Shown here: piece after piece, positions 10,878-21,254 of the stretch
How the letters are laid out: each line of letters opens with the position of its first letter
Position numbering within the stretch: position 1 is the stretch's first letter
Assembly (NCBI GenBank): GCA_051745145.1
Contig: JBNJDT010000002.1
Location: 1 to 64,000 of the forward strand
Direction of reading: 5' to 3'
From: Elusimicrobiota bacterium
GTDB lineage: Bacteria > CG03 > SLGR01 > JAGXOG01
DNA length: 64,000 nt
Translations under genes and position numbers: made by a program
Notes under the pieces: generated by a model
The model's input: the letters and a program-made list of their open reading frames with translations, nothing else
Databases searched by the model: none
Told to the model about the DNA's origin: nothing

Positions 10878-11862
10878 AATTCATTGCCTTTCTAAACCTG
10901 TTTAAATTTCTCCGGGCAACTTTCCGGGCCAATCTGTTTCCCTTTTCTAAAATTTCGTCCACTTTTTCCGGGTTGTTTTTGTAATAGCGGTATTTTTTTC
11001 TTATCGGCCCGATAAATTCCTCCATTTTTTCATACATACGCTTTTTACATTCAACGCACCCTATCTTGCCGGCCCGGCAATTATCCGCAAGTTCCTGTAC
11101 ATTTTCAGCATCAAAAATTTTTTTATAATCAAAAATACTGCATACCTGAGGGTGGCCAGGATCGTCAATGCGTATTCTTTCCGGATCGGTGACCATCTGG
11201 TTTATTTTCTGTTTTAAATCCTCCTTTTCTTCGGTCAAAAATACAGTATTGTCATAACTTTTAGACATTTTTCGACCGTCGGTCCCTTTTAATCTGGCAA
11301 CTTTAGTTAAAATTTCCTCCGGTTCAATCATTATATCTGTATCGTAAAGATGATTAAACCGGCGAATAATCTCCCGGGTTATTTCAAGATGGGGCAGCTG
11401 GTCTTCGCCCACGGGAACTCTGTCGGCCCGGTATAAGGCGATATCCGCAGCCTGGAGTGCGGGATATCCCAAAAAAGCGTAATTTTTAATATCCTCATTG
11501 TTTATATTTTCCAGCGCCTCCTTGTATGTGGGACAGCGTTTTAACCATCCCAGTGGAGTAATAGCAGAAAATAAAAAATAGAGCTCCAGATGCTGGGGTA
11601 CATCCGACTGCCTGAACATAATGCATTTATCCGGATCCAGTCCCACGGCCAGCCATACACAGAGCATATCCCGGCAGTTTTCTTTAATTGCCTCGGGATT
11701 CTTAAATTCACTGGTCAGGGCATGCCAGTCGGCAATCTCAAAATAACAGTTGTACTCATCCTGAAGTTTAACCCAGTTCTGCAGGGCCCCCAGATAATTA
11801 CCCAGGTGAAGTCTGCCGGTGGGACGCATCCCGCTTAAAATTATACCTTTCTTTTCATTCAC
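10870..11862 (-). CDS. trpS: Tryptophan--tRNA ligase
   Basis: SGMRPTGRLHLGN, YPALQAADI, VPVGEDQ, KMSKS. Confidence 0.97.
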   Translation of the reverse strand: MNEKKGIILSGMRPTGRLHLGNYLGALQNWVKLQDEYNCYFEIADWHALTSEFKNPEAIKENCRDMLCVWLAVGLDPDKCIMFRQSDVPQHLELYFLFSAITPLGWLKRCPTYKEALENINNEDIKNYAFLGYPALQAADIALYRADRVPVGEDQLPHLEITREIIRRFNHLYDTDIMIEPEEILTKVARLKGTDGRKMSKSYDNTVFLTEEKEDLKQKINQMVTDPERIRIDDPGHPQVCSIFDYKKIFDAENVQELADNCRAGKIGCVECKKRMYEKMEEFIGPIRKKYRYYKNNPEKVDEILEKGNRLARKVARRNLNRFRKAMNYG

Positions 11863-12533
11863 AGCGGAAGCCCCCAGAATAATATTTTATATACCATATT
11901 ACCAATACCTATAATAACCGGCCAGATAAGAGAAATTAATAAGAACACAATTAAAATACCGTAAGGTTCTATGCGATCATATTTTTCGGCCGCCTCCGGG
12001 GGAAGCAACGTGCTTACTATCCTGGATCCGTCCAGCGGGGGAACGGGCACCAGATTAAATAAGCCCAGAATAAGGTTAACTGTAACCCCCCCGGCCAAAA
12101 GAGCCGTTAAAGTTAAACCCAACCCGGTAGATGCAATATTTGTAATATTTAAAAACCATACTAAAATAGCCAAACCTACGGCCAGCGCAAAATTAGTCAA
12201 AGGCCCCGAGGCCCCTACTTTTAAAGTCCCCTCTCTAATATTTTTAAAATTGTAGGGGTTTATGGGGACCGGTTTGGCCCAGCCGATAACAAATCCTCCC
12301 ATAGTATACATTAGTAGGGGAACAATAATTGTACCCAGGACATCAACATGGGGAATAGGATTTAAAGTAAGCCGGCCGCTTAATTTAGCGGTGGGATCCC
12401 CGCACCTTAAAGCCATATAACCGTGGGCCACCTCGTGAAGGACCACGGAAAAGAAAAATAGCACTATTAAAAGCGGGGCCGGCGCCATATTAAGCGGGGC
12501 CATCATATGTCTGTATAATATCAACTCATTCAT
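11859..12533 (-). CDS. Site-2 protease family (M50) membrane metalloprotease
   Basis: HEVAH, GRLTLNP, GWAKPVP, FNLVPVPPLDG. Start uncertain (12533 or a downstream Met). Confidence 0.9.
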   Translation of the reverse strand: MNELILYRHMMAPLNMAPAPLLIVLFFFSVVLHEVAHGYMALRCGDPTAKLSGRLTLNPIPHVDVLGTIIVPLLMYTMGGFVIGWAKPVPINPYNFKNIREGTLKVGASGPLTNFALAVGLAILVWFLNITNIASTGLGLTLTALLAGGVTVNLILGLFNLVPVPPLDGSRIVSTLLPPEAAEKYDRIEPYGILIVFLLISLIWPVIIGIGNMVYKILFWGLPL

Positions 12534-12602
12534 TAAAAAATTAATACCTCCGGTATTCAATAAACACTTAAATTTAAAATTTACTGATTTTGGATAAAAT
12601 TG

Positions 12603-15104
12603 TCAACTTTTCAGGTGGGAATAATTCTCTTTTATATATCTCTTTTCATCTTTTAAAGAGGTCAGCTTACCGTTTATTCTGGCAATGCGCAGGGCATAGA
12701 TAATCCGGGAAAAAATAGGGGAAGGTTTAAATCCCATCTCTATTAAATCATCGCCGCTTATTTTTGGTTCTATCAGGGATATCTCTGTCAAATACTTAAC
12801 TACGTTCTCTTTTCCTTTATCATTTTCCAGAACAAAAAGTAGATATTCTAAAGATCGCCGGGGCATAAAATTCAGAGATTTAAATATCCGGGCCCGGGAA
12901 AGTTTCCGGGAGATAATTCCGGATATTCTCTTTTTATATTTTTTCAACATTTTAAACGTATTTATTATTTTCCGGGAAAAATTAAACTGCTCAAGCACCC
13001 TTACCCCTTCTTTTTCAGAAAGGGATGAGAGAATAATAAGGAGCATTATTTTATCTTTATTTTTTCGAACTTTTTGCTGCAGATCCGGCGGAAGATCCTT
13101 TAATTTTTTATTAAATTTTTTAATACTGCGGTATACTTTACCGGTAATTTTTAATTCTTCTGAAATACATTTCAACCCTCCAAGCTGATCCAGTCTTTTT
13201 AAAATTTTATGGGGTTCGGGTTCGTTTAGTATAAGTCCGATTTCATCTTTTATCCTGTCCGGGGTAAGCCGTTCTTGGATATCCATACTTACGGTCTTTT
13301 TAAGCTGCTTAACGGTGGGGGCGGTTAATTTAAATCCGAATCTCTGGGCAAACCGGATTGCCCGGAAAATCCTGGTGGGGTCCTCGACAAAACTTAACGG
13401 GTACAAAATTCTTATTTTTTTATCCGAAAGATCTTCAAGTCCGCCAAAATAATCTATTAACTTTCCGTACTCTTCTGCAGGAGAAATCTGCAAAGCCATG
13501 GCATTTATACTAAAATCACGCCTGTAAAGATCCTGCCTTAAATCCCCTTTTTCAACCTCGGGTAATGCCGCGGGAACCCGGTAGTACTCCCGGCGAAGGG
13601 TGGCCACATCTATCTCCCGGGTTGAAGTTTTAACCACGGAAGTTTTAAATTTGCCGTGATTGTAAGAGCTCCCCCCCAGTTTATCGGCTAATACTTTTGC
13701 GAATTTTATCCCATCCCCCCCGACTATTATATCAATATCTTTATGACTATTCCCCATAAGTATATCCCGGACCAGACCCCCGACCAGGTATACATTGACT
13801 CCCATATTTTCGGCCACCCGGCTGATCTTTTTAATTAACCTTTTTATATCTTCAGATAGTTGATTATCCAGCTTTTCTGAGATATCTTTAAATACCGGAT
13901 TAATTTTATATTCCCGGGTATCGTACGAAGGGGGGAAATTTTCGTCAACCAGTTTTTTTTCTCCGGCAACGGAAACTTTTTCTGTAATAAACTCATCCAC
14001 CAGGTGGTCCCCCATATCGTGCTTTAAAGCTTTAGCTAACTCCTCCCTCAATACCAGACCGTAAATATTCCCCTCTTTATCCCCAACCGGCGCATACCTG
14101 AGATTCAAATGATTAAGAGTCTGGTAGGCCCGCTTTACCGAATGATTTGAAGGGATAATTCTGGTATATCCCTCATTTATTATATCTTTTTTACGGTTTA
14201 ACAGTATTTCTCTTATATCTGACTTAAGCTCTACTATACTCTTGTCCCGGCTATTGAATTTAACGCTGGCCGCCGACATATGTCCGCCTCCCCCCAGCCG
14301 GGAAACTACTTTCCCCACATCTATATCATCAGAACTGGATCGGGCAATACATATAATCTGTTCTCTTATTTCTAATATGGCAAAAAGAGCTGCCGGATTC
14401 AATATATCCATAATTTTCCCCACTACCACGGAAAGCTCCTCCACATAATTATCCAACCGGGTCCAGGTAAATAAAATTTTTTCGGGTTCCAGGCTAATAA
14501 ACACCTTGTTATTCAACAGTTCACTGAGCAGATGAACCTGCTCCTCGTCCATATGGTGTATGGCGTATTCAGATACTTTATTCAAACTGGCTCCCTGTTT
14601 TAAAAGATATGAGACAGCCTCCAAATCGTGGGCGGATGTGAGAGGATAAGTCAAACATCCGGTATCTTCATAGACCCCCAGCATAAATAAGGTAGCCTGC
14701 CGGGGAGTTATCTCTATATTTTTCTTCATCATTTCTTCTAAAAATATAGTTACCGTAGCTCCCCAGGATTTATGTACTGTCCTGTGGGCTTCTATATCCA
14801 TTTCCGTTTTAGGGTGATGATCGTAAATATATACCCGGGTATCCTCCCGTATTAAATCTTTTACTTTTCCCAGCCTCTTAAGATATCCGGTGTCCACCAC
14901 TATAAGTTCTTCCAAATTTTTATACCGTATATCCCGGTAACGGCTCAACTTAGCCGGTAACTCTTCTTTTTCCATATATTCCCTTACTTTTTTTTCCGGG
15001 GACCCGGGAAGATAAAGAGTGAAATCGGGATTTAACACACCGGCGGCCACCAGTGAAGCCAGTCCGTCAAAATCCGCTCCTTTGTGGGTAACAATTAGTT
15101 TCAT
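12603..15104 (-). CDS. DHH/DHHA1-CBS-fused class II tRNA nucleotidyltransferase (probably A-adding type)
   Basis: THKGADFDG, DHH, GGGGH; then VGGLVRD, DIDI, RRDFSINAMA, EDPTRIFRAIRF. Confidence 0.88.
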   Translation of the reverse strand: MKLIVTHKGADFDGLASLVAAGVLNPDFTLYLPGSPEKKVREYMEKEELPAKLSRYRDIRYKNLEELIVVDTGYLKRLGKVKDLIREDTRVYIYDHHPKTEMDIEAHRTVHKSWGATVTIFLEEMMKKNIEITPRQATLFMLGVYEDTGCLTYPLTSAHDLEAVSYLLKQGASLNKVSEYAIHHMDEEQVHLLSELLNNKVFISLEPEKILFTWTRLDNYVEELSVVVGKIMDILNPAALFAILEIREQIICIARSSSDDIDVGKVVSRLGGGGHMSAASVKFNSRDKSIVELKSDIREILLNRKKDIINEGYTRIIPSNHSVKRAYQTLNHLNLRYAPVGDKEGNIYGLVLREELAKALKHDMGDHLVDEFITEKVSVAGEKKLVDENFPPSYDTREYKINPVFKDISEKLDNQLSEDIKRLIKKISRVAENMGVNVYLVGGLVRDILMGNSHKDIDIIVGGDGIKFAKVLADKLGGSSYNHGKFKTSVVKTSTREIDVATLRREYYRVPAALPEVEKGDLRQDLYRRDFSINAMALQISPAEEYGKLIDYFGGLEDLSDKKIRILYPLSFVEDPTRIFRAIRFAQRFGFKLTAPTVKQLKKTVSMDIQERLTPDRIKDEIGLILNEPEPHKILKRLDQLGGLKCISEELKITGKVYRSIKKFNKKLKDLPPDLQQKVRKNKDKIMLLIILSSLSEKEGVRVLEQFNFSRKIINTFKMLKKYKKRISGIISRKLSRARIFKSLNFMPRRSLEYLLFVLENDKGKENVVKYLTEISLIEPKISGDDLIEMGFKPSPIFSRIIYALRIARINGKLTSLKDEKRYIKENYSHLKS

Positions 15105-15616
15105 CTATTTCGACGATTATTCAGCTGTTCTTTATAAACTGCTCTTATCTTTTCCAAAATTTCTTTATAAGTATCTGACCGGTAATCCGGAAAAGTCCAG
15201 GGCAGGTCCGTAAATTCCCCCTTTTCGTACCTGTAAGTTATCTCGCCGTAAATACCGTCCTTTAAATAAATCCGGTGAGAAAAATTTTTAGTAGAGGCCA
15301 AAACCAGCTTGGACGCCTCTAAATAACCGGGATCCAAATTGACCTTTCTTCTGCCCTTTTTCTTAAATTTTTCTTCTATCTTAATTGTTCTATTTTTAAT
15401 ATCCGCCAGCCGGGAAGGATGTATTAATTTTTTAAAACTTACAAACACTCTTTTAAGGGGCCGGCCCATCTCTTCGTAGTAGTAATTTGTAAAATCAAAA
15501 TCTATAATTTTACTGTTAAAATCGATATCTGAAAAAGCCCCGGATAATCTTTTCTTTACTTTTTTTACTTCTACCCGGGAATTATAAATTATACCGCAGA
15601 TTAATTTAACTTTCAC
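15101..15616 (-). CDS. DUF4416 family protein
   Basis: FTNYYYEEMG, RKVNLDPGYL, HRIYL, WTFPDY pattern. Confidence 0.8.
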   Translation of the reverse strand: MKVKLICGIIYNSRVEVKKVKKRLSGAFSDIDFNSKIIDFDFTNYYYEEMGRPLKRVFVSFKKLIHPSRLADIKNRTIKIEEKFKKKGRRKVNLDPGYLEASKLVLASTKNFSHRIYLKDGIYGEITYRYEKGEFTDLPWTFPDYRSDTYKEILEKIRAVYKEQLNNRRNR

Positions 15617-15632
15617 AGCTTAACTCCTGTTA

Positions 15633-17564
15633 TTATCTTCTCGGTTTTCCATAACTTCTGCGGATTATCTTTATTACCGAGCCGGAGGCTGCTTTTCTTA
15701 CCATCTTATCTTTATCTTTTAAGGACTTCCTTAAATACTCCAGACCGTTTACATCCTCGAGTTTCCCCATAGCCCGGGCCGCGCTTTCCCTTACCCGGGC
15801 CGAATAATCGGTAAGTTTTTTACGTACTAATTTATAACTGTCTTCCTCTTTTAACTCTCCCAGTCCTTTTACACTGGCCTGCCTTACCCAGGATTTTTTG
15901 GATTTTAAATTATTTTTTAAAGCTTTTCGGGCCTTTCCGGATTTCACCCGGCCGAGACCCGGAAGAATATAAGATTTTAAGTTACCGGGAGTTTTTTTAT
16001 AGAGCTTCCATATTTTCTTTCTTATTTTCTTTATCTTAGAACCCGGTATCTTAGATATGATCCGGGATGCGGATATTATAAGTGAATTCCGGACATACCT
16101 GTCATTCTCCCTATTTAACCGCTTGTACAAAAGTAAAAAATTATCTACATGGGGGATGTTTTCAAGGCTCCGGCCCGCTTTCTTCCGAAAAACCGGGTCC
16201 GGGTCGTTTAGCAAATCAGCTATCTTTTTAGAGACGCTCCGGTCCCCCAGTCTGGTCCGGGCAATGACAAACTCTATTTTAAGCCATCCCGACGCCTTGG
16301 GGGAAGCATCTTTTAAGAATTTCAGGGCATCCGGATGCCCTATGGCGGCAAGACTTTTAGCCGCTGCCACCGCTACATAATTATTATTATCTCTTAATTT
16401 TTCACCTATAAAATCAATGTATTCCGCTTTCCCAAAATTACCCAGGGCCTCCACGGCTCTCATCCTGAGGTGGGGATTGCCATCTCCGGCGTACTTTAAA
16501 ATTACTTCCTCAGATGGAGTATATCTCAATCTTCCCAGGGCAAATATAACACTTTTTTTTAGAAAACCTTCTATGTTCTCTTCTAAAAGATCCGTTAATA
16601 TATTTCCGTAGTGGGAAAAACCGCTCTCCCCCATGGCTTCCACAAACGTTCTCCGGTGGTACAGGGGAATATTCTTATCGGTTAAAAATTTTTGGGGCGA
16701 CTTTTTTATTATTTTAATATCGGAGGGAGTAATAAATATGTTGTCTCTGTCCCTTAAACTTTTAGCCGAATCTTTTAAATAGGTGGCAAATTCGGATATT
16801 TTCCGGGCGGAATCCAGATTCCTGTCCCTGGGAGAAAATCCAACCCCGCAGATTCCCATAAGCTTAAAATTTCTTTTCTGGCCGTTCCTGTCCCATCCTA
16901 TAATAGAACCCCGGGCAATATCTCCCTCTTCGTAAAAACTGTTTCTTATATTTAAAAATCCGGTATCCACTCTCTCAAAAAATTTTTCCAGATACTCTTT
17001 TTTTATTATAGCTATAAAATCATCTCCTCCTATATGCCCTAAAAAAGTTTCATCCCCTCCGATTTCATCGCAAATTCCCTTTAACAGTTCAGAAAACCCC
17101 ACTATAACGCTGTCCCCCGCAGAAAAGCCGTAAACTTCGTTGTAGGGTTTAAAATCCGTTAAATCAAGATAGACAGCTACTTTATCACTATCATTGCTTA
17201 TCTTTTCCAGTCTCTTTTTTATACTCCGGTTTCCGGGCAGCCCGGTAAGAGGTTTGCGATCGGCATCATTACTTATTTTAGGGACTGTACTTTTAAGTTT
17301 ATACAATAGTTGTGCATCGGTTTTGCAAAAAAATATATCCGTTAAACTGTCTAGGATTTTCTTCTCAGGTAACTTTTTGGCCTGCCACCAGACCACTAAA
17401 TCTTTGTCTGGGAATTTTTCAATATTATCTTTAAGTTCACCTATAAAAGTAGCGGTAATCAAAACACAATCCGCTGTTTCTATATTTTCAACTGTCTTTA
17501 TTTCACTGTATTTTTCACTTAACTGCTGGGATTTTTTGCCCGCGGGGAAAATTTTAACTTCCAT
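15633..17564 (-). CDS. GGDEF-domain protein fused to C-terminal HEAT repeats
   Basis: PLTGLPGN, YLDLTDFKPYNEVYGF.AGD, GHIGGDDF; then repeats such as LRMRAVEALG, VRQASVKGLG, VRESAARAMG. Confidence 0.82.
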   Translation of the reverse strand: MEVKIFPAGKKSQQLSEKYSEIKTVENIETADCVLITATFIGELKDNIEKFPDKDLVVWWQAKKLPEKKILDSLTDIFFCKTDAQLLYKLKSTVPKISNDADRKPLTGLPGNRSIKKRLEKISNDSDKVAVYLDLTDFKPYNEVYGFSAGDSVIVGFSELLKGICDEIGGDETFLGHIGGDDFIAIIKKEYLEKFFERVDTGFLNIRNSFYEEGDIARGSIIGWDRNGQKRNFKLMGICGVGFSPRDRNLDSARKISEFATYLKDSAKSLRDRDNIFITPSDIKIIKKSPQKFLTDKNIPLYHRRTFVEAMGESGFSHYGNILTDLLEENIEGFLKKSVIFALGRLRYTPSEEVILKYAGDGNPHLRMRAVEALGNFGKAEYIDFIGEKLRDNNNYVAVAAAKSLAAIGHPDALKFLKDASPKASGWLKIEFVIARTRLGDRSVSKKIADLLNDPDPVFRKKAGRSLENIPHVDNFLLLYKRLNRENDRYVRNSLIISASRIISKIPGSKIKKIRKKIWKLYKKTPGNLKSYILPGLGRVKSGKARKALKNNLKSKKSWVRQASVKGLGELKEEDSYKLVRKKLTDYSARVRESAARAMGKLEDVNGLEYLRKSLKDKDKMVRKAASGSVIKIIRRSYGKPRR

Positions 17565-19059
17565 CTAAAATCCTCTTTATTTTTGCTTCTCTATCTCTTT
17601 TTTCTCTATTTCCTGTTTTTTTATAAACCTCAAGCAACATTTTATGTACCCGGGGATTAAACGGGGATCTATAAACATATTTTAACAAATTTTCTTCCGC
17701 TTTACTGTAATTGTTTTCCATTAAGTATAGCTCGCCTAAATGTATATAGGGGGGGGCGTAATCGGGATTTCTCATAATGGATTTTGTCAAACTCTCCCGG
17801 GCTGCTTCTAACTTTTCAGCTTTTAGCTGCACTCTTCCCAGTCGATTGAAAATGACATGATTACCTTCGTCTTTTTCTAAGGCATCTTTATATTTTTTTA
17901 TACTTAAATTGTATTTTTCTCTTTTTTCAAATTTCCCAGCCAATCGAAGGTCAGTTTCGGCCCGGTGAGCCACATACCGCGATATGGGATCTTCCTTTTC
18001 TTCTTTAAAAGAGTAACCTGCTAATGTGGCTCCGGCTGTATAAGTAAGAGAAGCATTTTTTATATAATTTTTCCACTCCTTAAAAAGTTCTTCCCCTGTT
18101 TTTTTTATAATTTCCCCAAAAGCTCGATTGGCGGTTTTATCTTTCAATAAATAGAGTATATCTTTTATGCTTTCTTCAGAATATTTTTCCTTGATATATT
18201 TTGTCATGGCATGTACCTGGGCAAACCCCAGTTTAACTTCATCGGAACTGTCCAGAGTGGGCATACCGTATTTCATTTTCCCTAAATCGACCCAATCTGT
18301 ATCAGTTTTTAGAGCATCTATAATATAATTTCTGGCAACCGGAGAGATCTTCCCGGTATGTTTCCCCCATATATCTTCGTAAAATTTGGCCAGTCCTTCG
18401 TTAAACCACAGGGGCATATTTTCAAGGCCGGTGATTTTTCCCACTATAAGGTGAATATATTCATGGGTAATTGTCTGGGGCCAGTGATATCCGAAGGTCA
18501 AAATCTTAGGAGAAGCAATCATAAGCCGATTAAATTTACAGATTGCTATTGCTCCGGAAACTTTTATCTGGCCATCAGTTAGGGTAGAGGCTTTTTTAAA
18601 ACTATCCCGGGTAGGATATATTTCCAAAATTATTTTTCTGTTATCCGGTTTCCAACCGAATTTTTCATATACTCTCCGGGCAGCATCATCTATAAAATCT
18701 TTTAAATACATAGCCAGGACTTTATCTTTTCCGGTGTATCTTACAGTAAAATATTCAGTATCTAAATTCTTAAAGTTTTTTGCCGTAGCTATAGTATTCC
18801 GGCAACGTTTTATCCATTCATCGGGTTTAGGAGATGAACGGTTAAAATATTTAAGAGCTTTTTTGTAATTTCCGGTATAAAATTCATATAAACCTTTTAT
18901 ATAGGGGGGAACATCCTGGGAATCTTCCATTAAATCAGAAGCTTGTTCTATTTGCCAGGAAATTATTAACTTATGAAGCTGGGAGTAATCTTCCCGGCAA
19001 TAAACGAAAGGGCTTATAAATAATATTATAATTATTACGGTAAATATTTTTTTCTTCAT
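17554..19059 (-). CDS. Exported peptidase MA-like (gluzincin) metallopeptidase with TPR repeats
   Basis: Signal-peptide-like N-terminus, HEYIH...WFNEGLA, C-terminal TPR pattern (NRLGRV, IHLGELY). Confidence 0.78.
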   Translation of the reverse strand: MKKKIFTVIIIILFISPFVYCREDYSQLHKLIISWQIEQASDLMEDSQDVPPYIKGLYEFYTGNYKKALKYFNRSSPKPDEWIKRCRNTIATAKNFKNLDTEYFTVRYTGKDKVLAMYLKDFIDDAARRVYEKFGWKPDNRKIILEIYPTRDSFKKASTLTDGQIKVSGAIAICKFNRLMIASPKILTFGYHWPQTITHEYIHLIVGKITGLENMPLWFNEGLAKFYEDIWGKHTGKISPVARNYIIDALKTDTDWVDLGKMKYGMPTLDSSDEVKLGFAQVHAMTKYIKEKYSEESIKDILYLLKDKTANRAFGEIIKKTGEELFKEWKNYIKNASLTYTAGATLAGYSFKEEKEDPISRYVAHRAETDLRLAGKFEKREKYNLSIKKYKDALEKDEGNHVIFNRLGRVQLKAEKLEAARESLTKSIMRNPDYAPPYIHLGELYLMENNYSKAEENLLKYVYRSPFNPRVHKMLLEVYKKTGNREKRDREAKIKRILDGS

Positions 19060-19150
19060 GAAGGAATTTTAAAACCTTTAAAACTTTTATGTACCGACAA
19101 AGTAAGGATAAGTTATCAAATTACAGAGGTAAAAACAAGAAAAAAAGGAT

Positions 19151-20131
19151 TTATTTTTCTCCCAGGCGACGGCGCCCATTTAAATAATTTTTAACATAGT
19201 CAGAAATTCCCTCTTCCAAAGTTCGGGGAGAAAATTTAAGCCCGGCAGCCCGGTATTTATTCATATCGGCTTTAGTGAAATATTGATACTGGCCCTTAAT
19301 ATTTTCGGGCATATCTATATACTCAATATTTGGTTTTTTGCCCAGAGCTTTAAATACAGCTTTTACCAGATCATCCCAGCTCCTCGGCTGCCCGGTTCCT
19401 ATATTAAATATGCCCGTAGCCTTTTTATCTAAAAAATTTAATGTCATATCCACTACATCTTTTACGTATATAAAATCCCGGACCTGCTGGCCGTCGGCGT
19501 ATTTATCATGATAGGATTTGAAAAGCTTTACCTTACCGGTCTCTTTTATCTGCCGGTAAGCCTTGGGAACAAAACTTTTCATTTCTCCTTTGTGGTATTC
19601 ATTCGGACCGTAGACGTTAAAATATTTCAGGCCAGCTATCCTATCCAGCAGACCGTTTTCCAGGGCCCATATATCAAATCTGTGTTTGGATTCCCCGTAA
19701 AGATTAAGGGGTTTTAAGCTTTTAAGTAAATTATGAGAATCGTCAAATCCTTCACTGCCGTCTCCGTAAGTAGCGGCACTGGAAGCGTAAATAAACCGTA
19801 TCTTTCGACTTATGCAAATACCGGCCAGCTGTTTGGTATATCTGTAATTTGTATCCATTACATAATCCCGATCCGTTTCCGTAGTCTTAGAACAGGCCCC
19901 CATATGTATTACAGCCTCTATATCCCCGGTTAAATTTCCGTTCTTTATTTCCTCTAAAAATTCCCGTTTTCCGGTCATCCAGCCGTACTCTAAATTTTCC
20001 AGGTTAAGTTTTTTTTCCCCGGTTAAATTTTCTTTTTCAACCACCGCGATTATATCTTCTCGACCATTTCGGTTTAACTTCCATATAATAGCACTTCCTA
20101 TAAAACCGGCCGCTCCGGTTACCACAATCAT
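19151..20131 (-). CDS. rfaD: ADP-L-glycero-D-manno-heptose 6-epimerase
   Basis: TGAAGFIGS, HMGACS, YASSAATYG, PLNLYGESK, YFNVYGPNEYHKG. Confidence 0.95.
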   Translation of the reverse strand: MIVVTGAAGFIGSAIIWKLNRNGREDIIAVVEKENLTGEKKLNLENLEYGWMTGKREFLEEIKNGNLTGDIEAVIHMGACSKTTETDRDYVMDTNYRYTKQLAGICISRKIRFIYASSAATYGDGSEGFDDSHNLLKSLKPLNLYGESKHRFDIWALENGLLDRIAGLKYFNVYGPNEYHKGEMKSFVPKAYRQIKETGKVKLFKSYHDKYADGQQVRDFIYVKDVVDMTLNFLDKKATGIFNIGTGQPRSWDDLVKAVFKALGKKPNIEYIDMPENIKGQYQYFTKADMNKYRAAGLKFSPRTLEEGISDYVKNYLNGRRRLGEK

Positions 20132-21254
20132 ATTTTTTCTCCTCTAATTATTTCTATTACTGATTCGGCTACCTCCCGGGAAGTTTCACCCCGGCCCAGT
20201 TTTTTATCTATCTTTTTAAACTCTTCCTTCATTTTTTCTCTTTTCCGGGCATTGTTTATCAAAAATAACACCTCTTTTTTTAACCTCCCCGGGGTAAAAG
20301 AATGCTGAATTAACTCAGTGACCACCTCTTTCTCGGCCAGTATATTTACCATAGATATATAATCAATATCCACCAGATACTTGGCCATAAGATAGGAGAT
20401 GGCAGAAATACTGTATACCGTAATAAACGGTAACCCCAAATGAGCGGCTTCCAGATTGGAAGTTCCCGAAGAAATTATTCCTATTGTTGCCTGGCTCATA
20501 AGACCATACACATTTTCAGTCTGCCGGACACCGGGATAAATTTCATCAATCAAATCCCGGGGTACCGAATCGGATCTTCCCACAACCGGTTGCACTTTTG
20601 TACCTGTAAGAGCTTTTTTTATGACCGGTAGATGTTTTTTTACTTCATTTACTCTTGACCCCGGCAATACAGCAACTAAATCCTTACCAGAGGTCATATC
20701 CAAAACCTCCAGATCGTTTTTTTCAGGTATATCTTCCAGTAAGGGATGGCCTACAAATTCCGCATTCCCTCCTTTTTTATCAAAAATTTCTTTTTCAAAT
20801 TTAAATACGCAAAACAGCTTCCGGCATATTTTAGATAAAAGCTTTATGCGACGCTTACCCCAGGCCCAAACCTGGGGGGTAATATAGTAAAAAACCGGTA
20901 TATTCAACCGGTAGGCGACCTTTGCTAATCTAACATTAAATCCCGGAAAATCTATAACTACTAAAGCATCTATTTGATGTTCTGAATCTTTAGCAAAATA
21001 TTTTCTCTTCAACCTGTTTTTTAATTTAAAAAAATAGGGGATCTGTTTTATAACTTCCGTAAATCCGGTAGCGGCTTTATTCACTACATTCTCTTCAAAA
21101 TTATCACATATTTCTTTCATTTTAGAGCCGCCAACAGCACTGACAGTTACATTATCATCTTTATTTTTAAGGGATTTAATTAATTTGCTGCCGTGATTAT
21201 CACCGGATATTTCTCCGGCGACAACAAGGATTTTTTTTTTGGCAAGGCATTCAT
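20128..21254 (-). CDS. lpxB: Lipid-A-disaccharide synthase; 5' end out of frame at an A10 tract in this sequence
   Basis: ILVVAGEISGDNHG (read from 21231 down), IDFPGFN, PQVWAW, FVGHPL, LPGSR, SGT. No in-frame ATG/GTG/TTG upstream of the conserved N-terminus. Confidence 0.9.
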
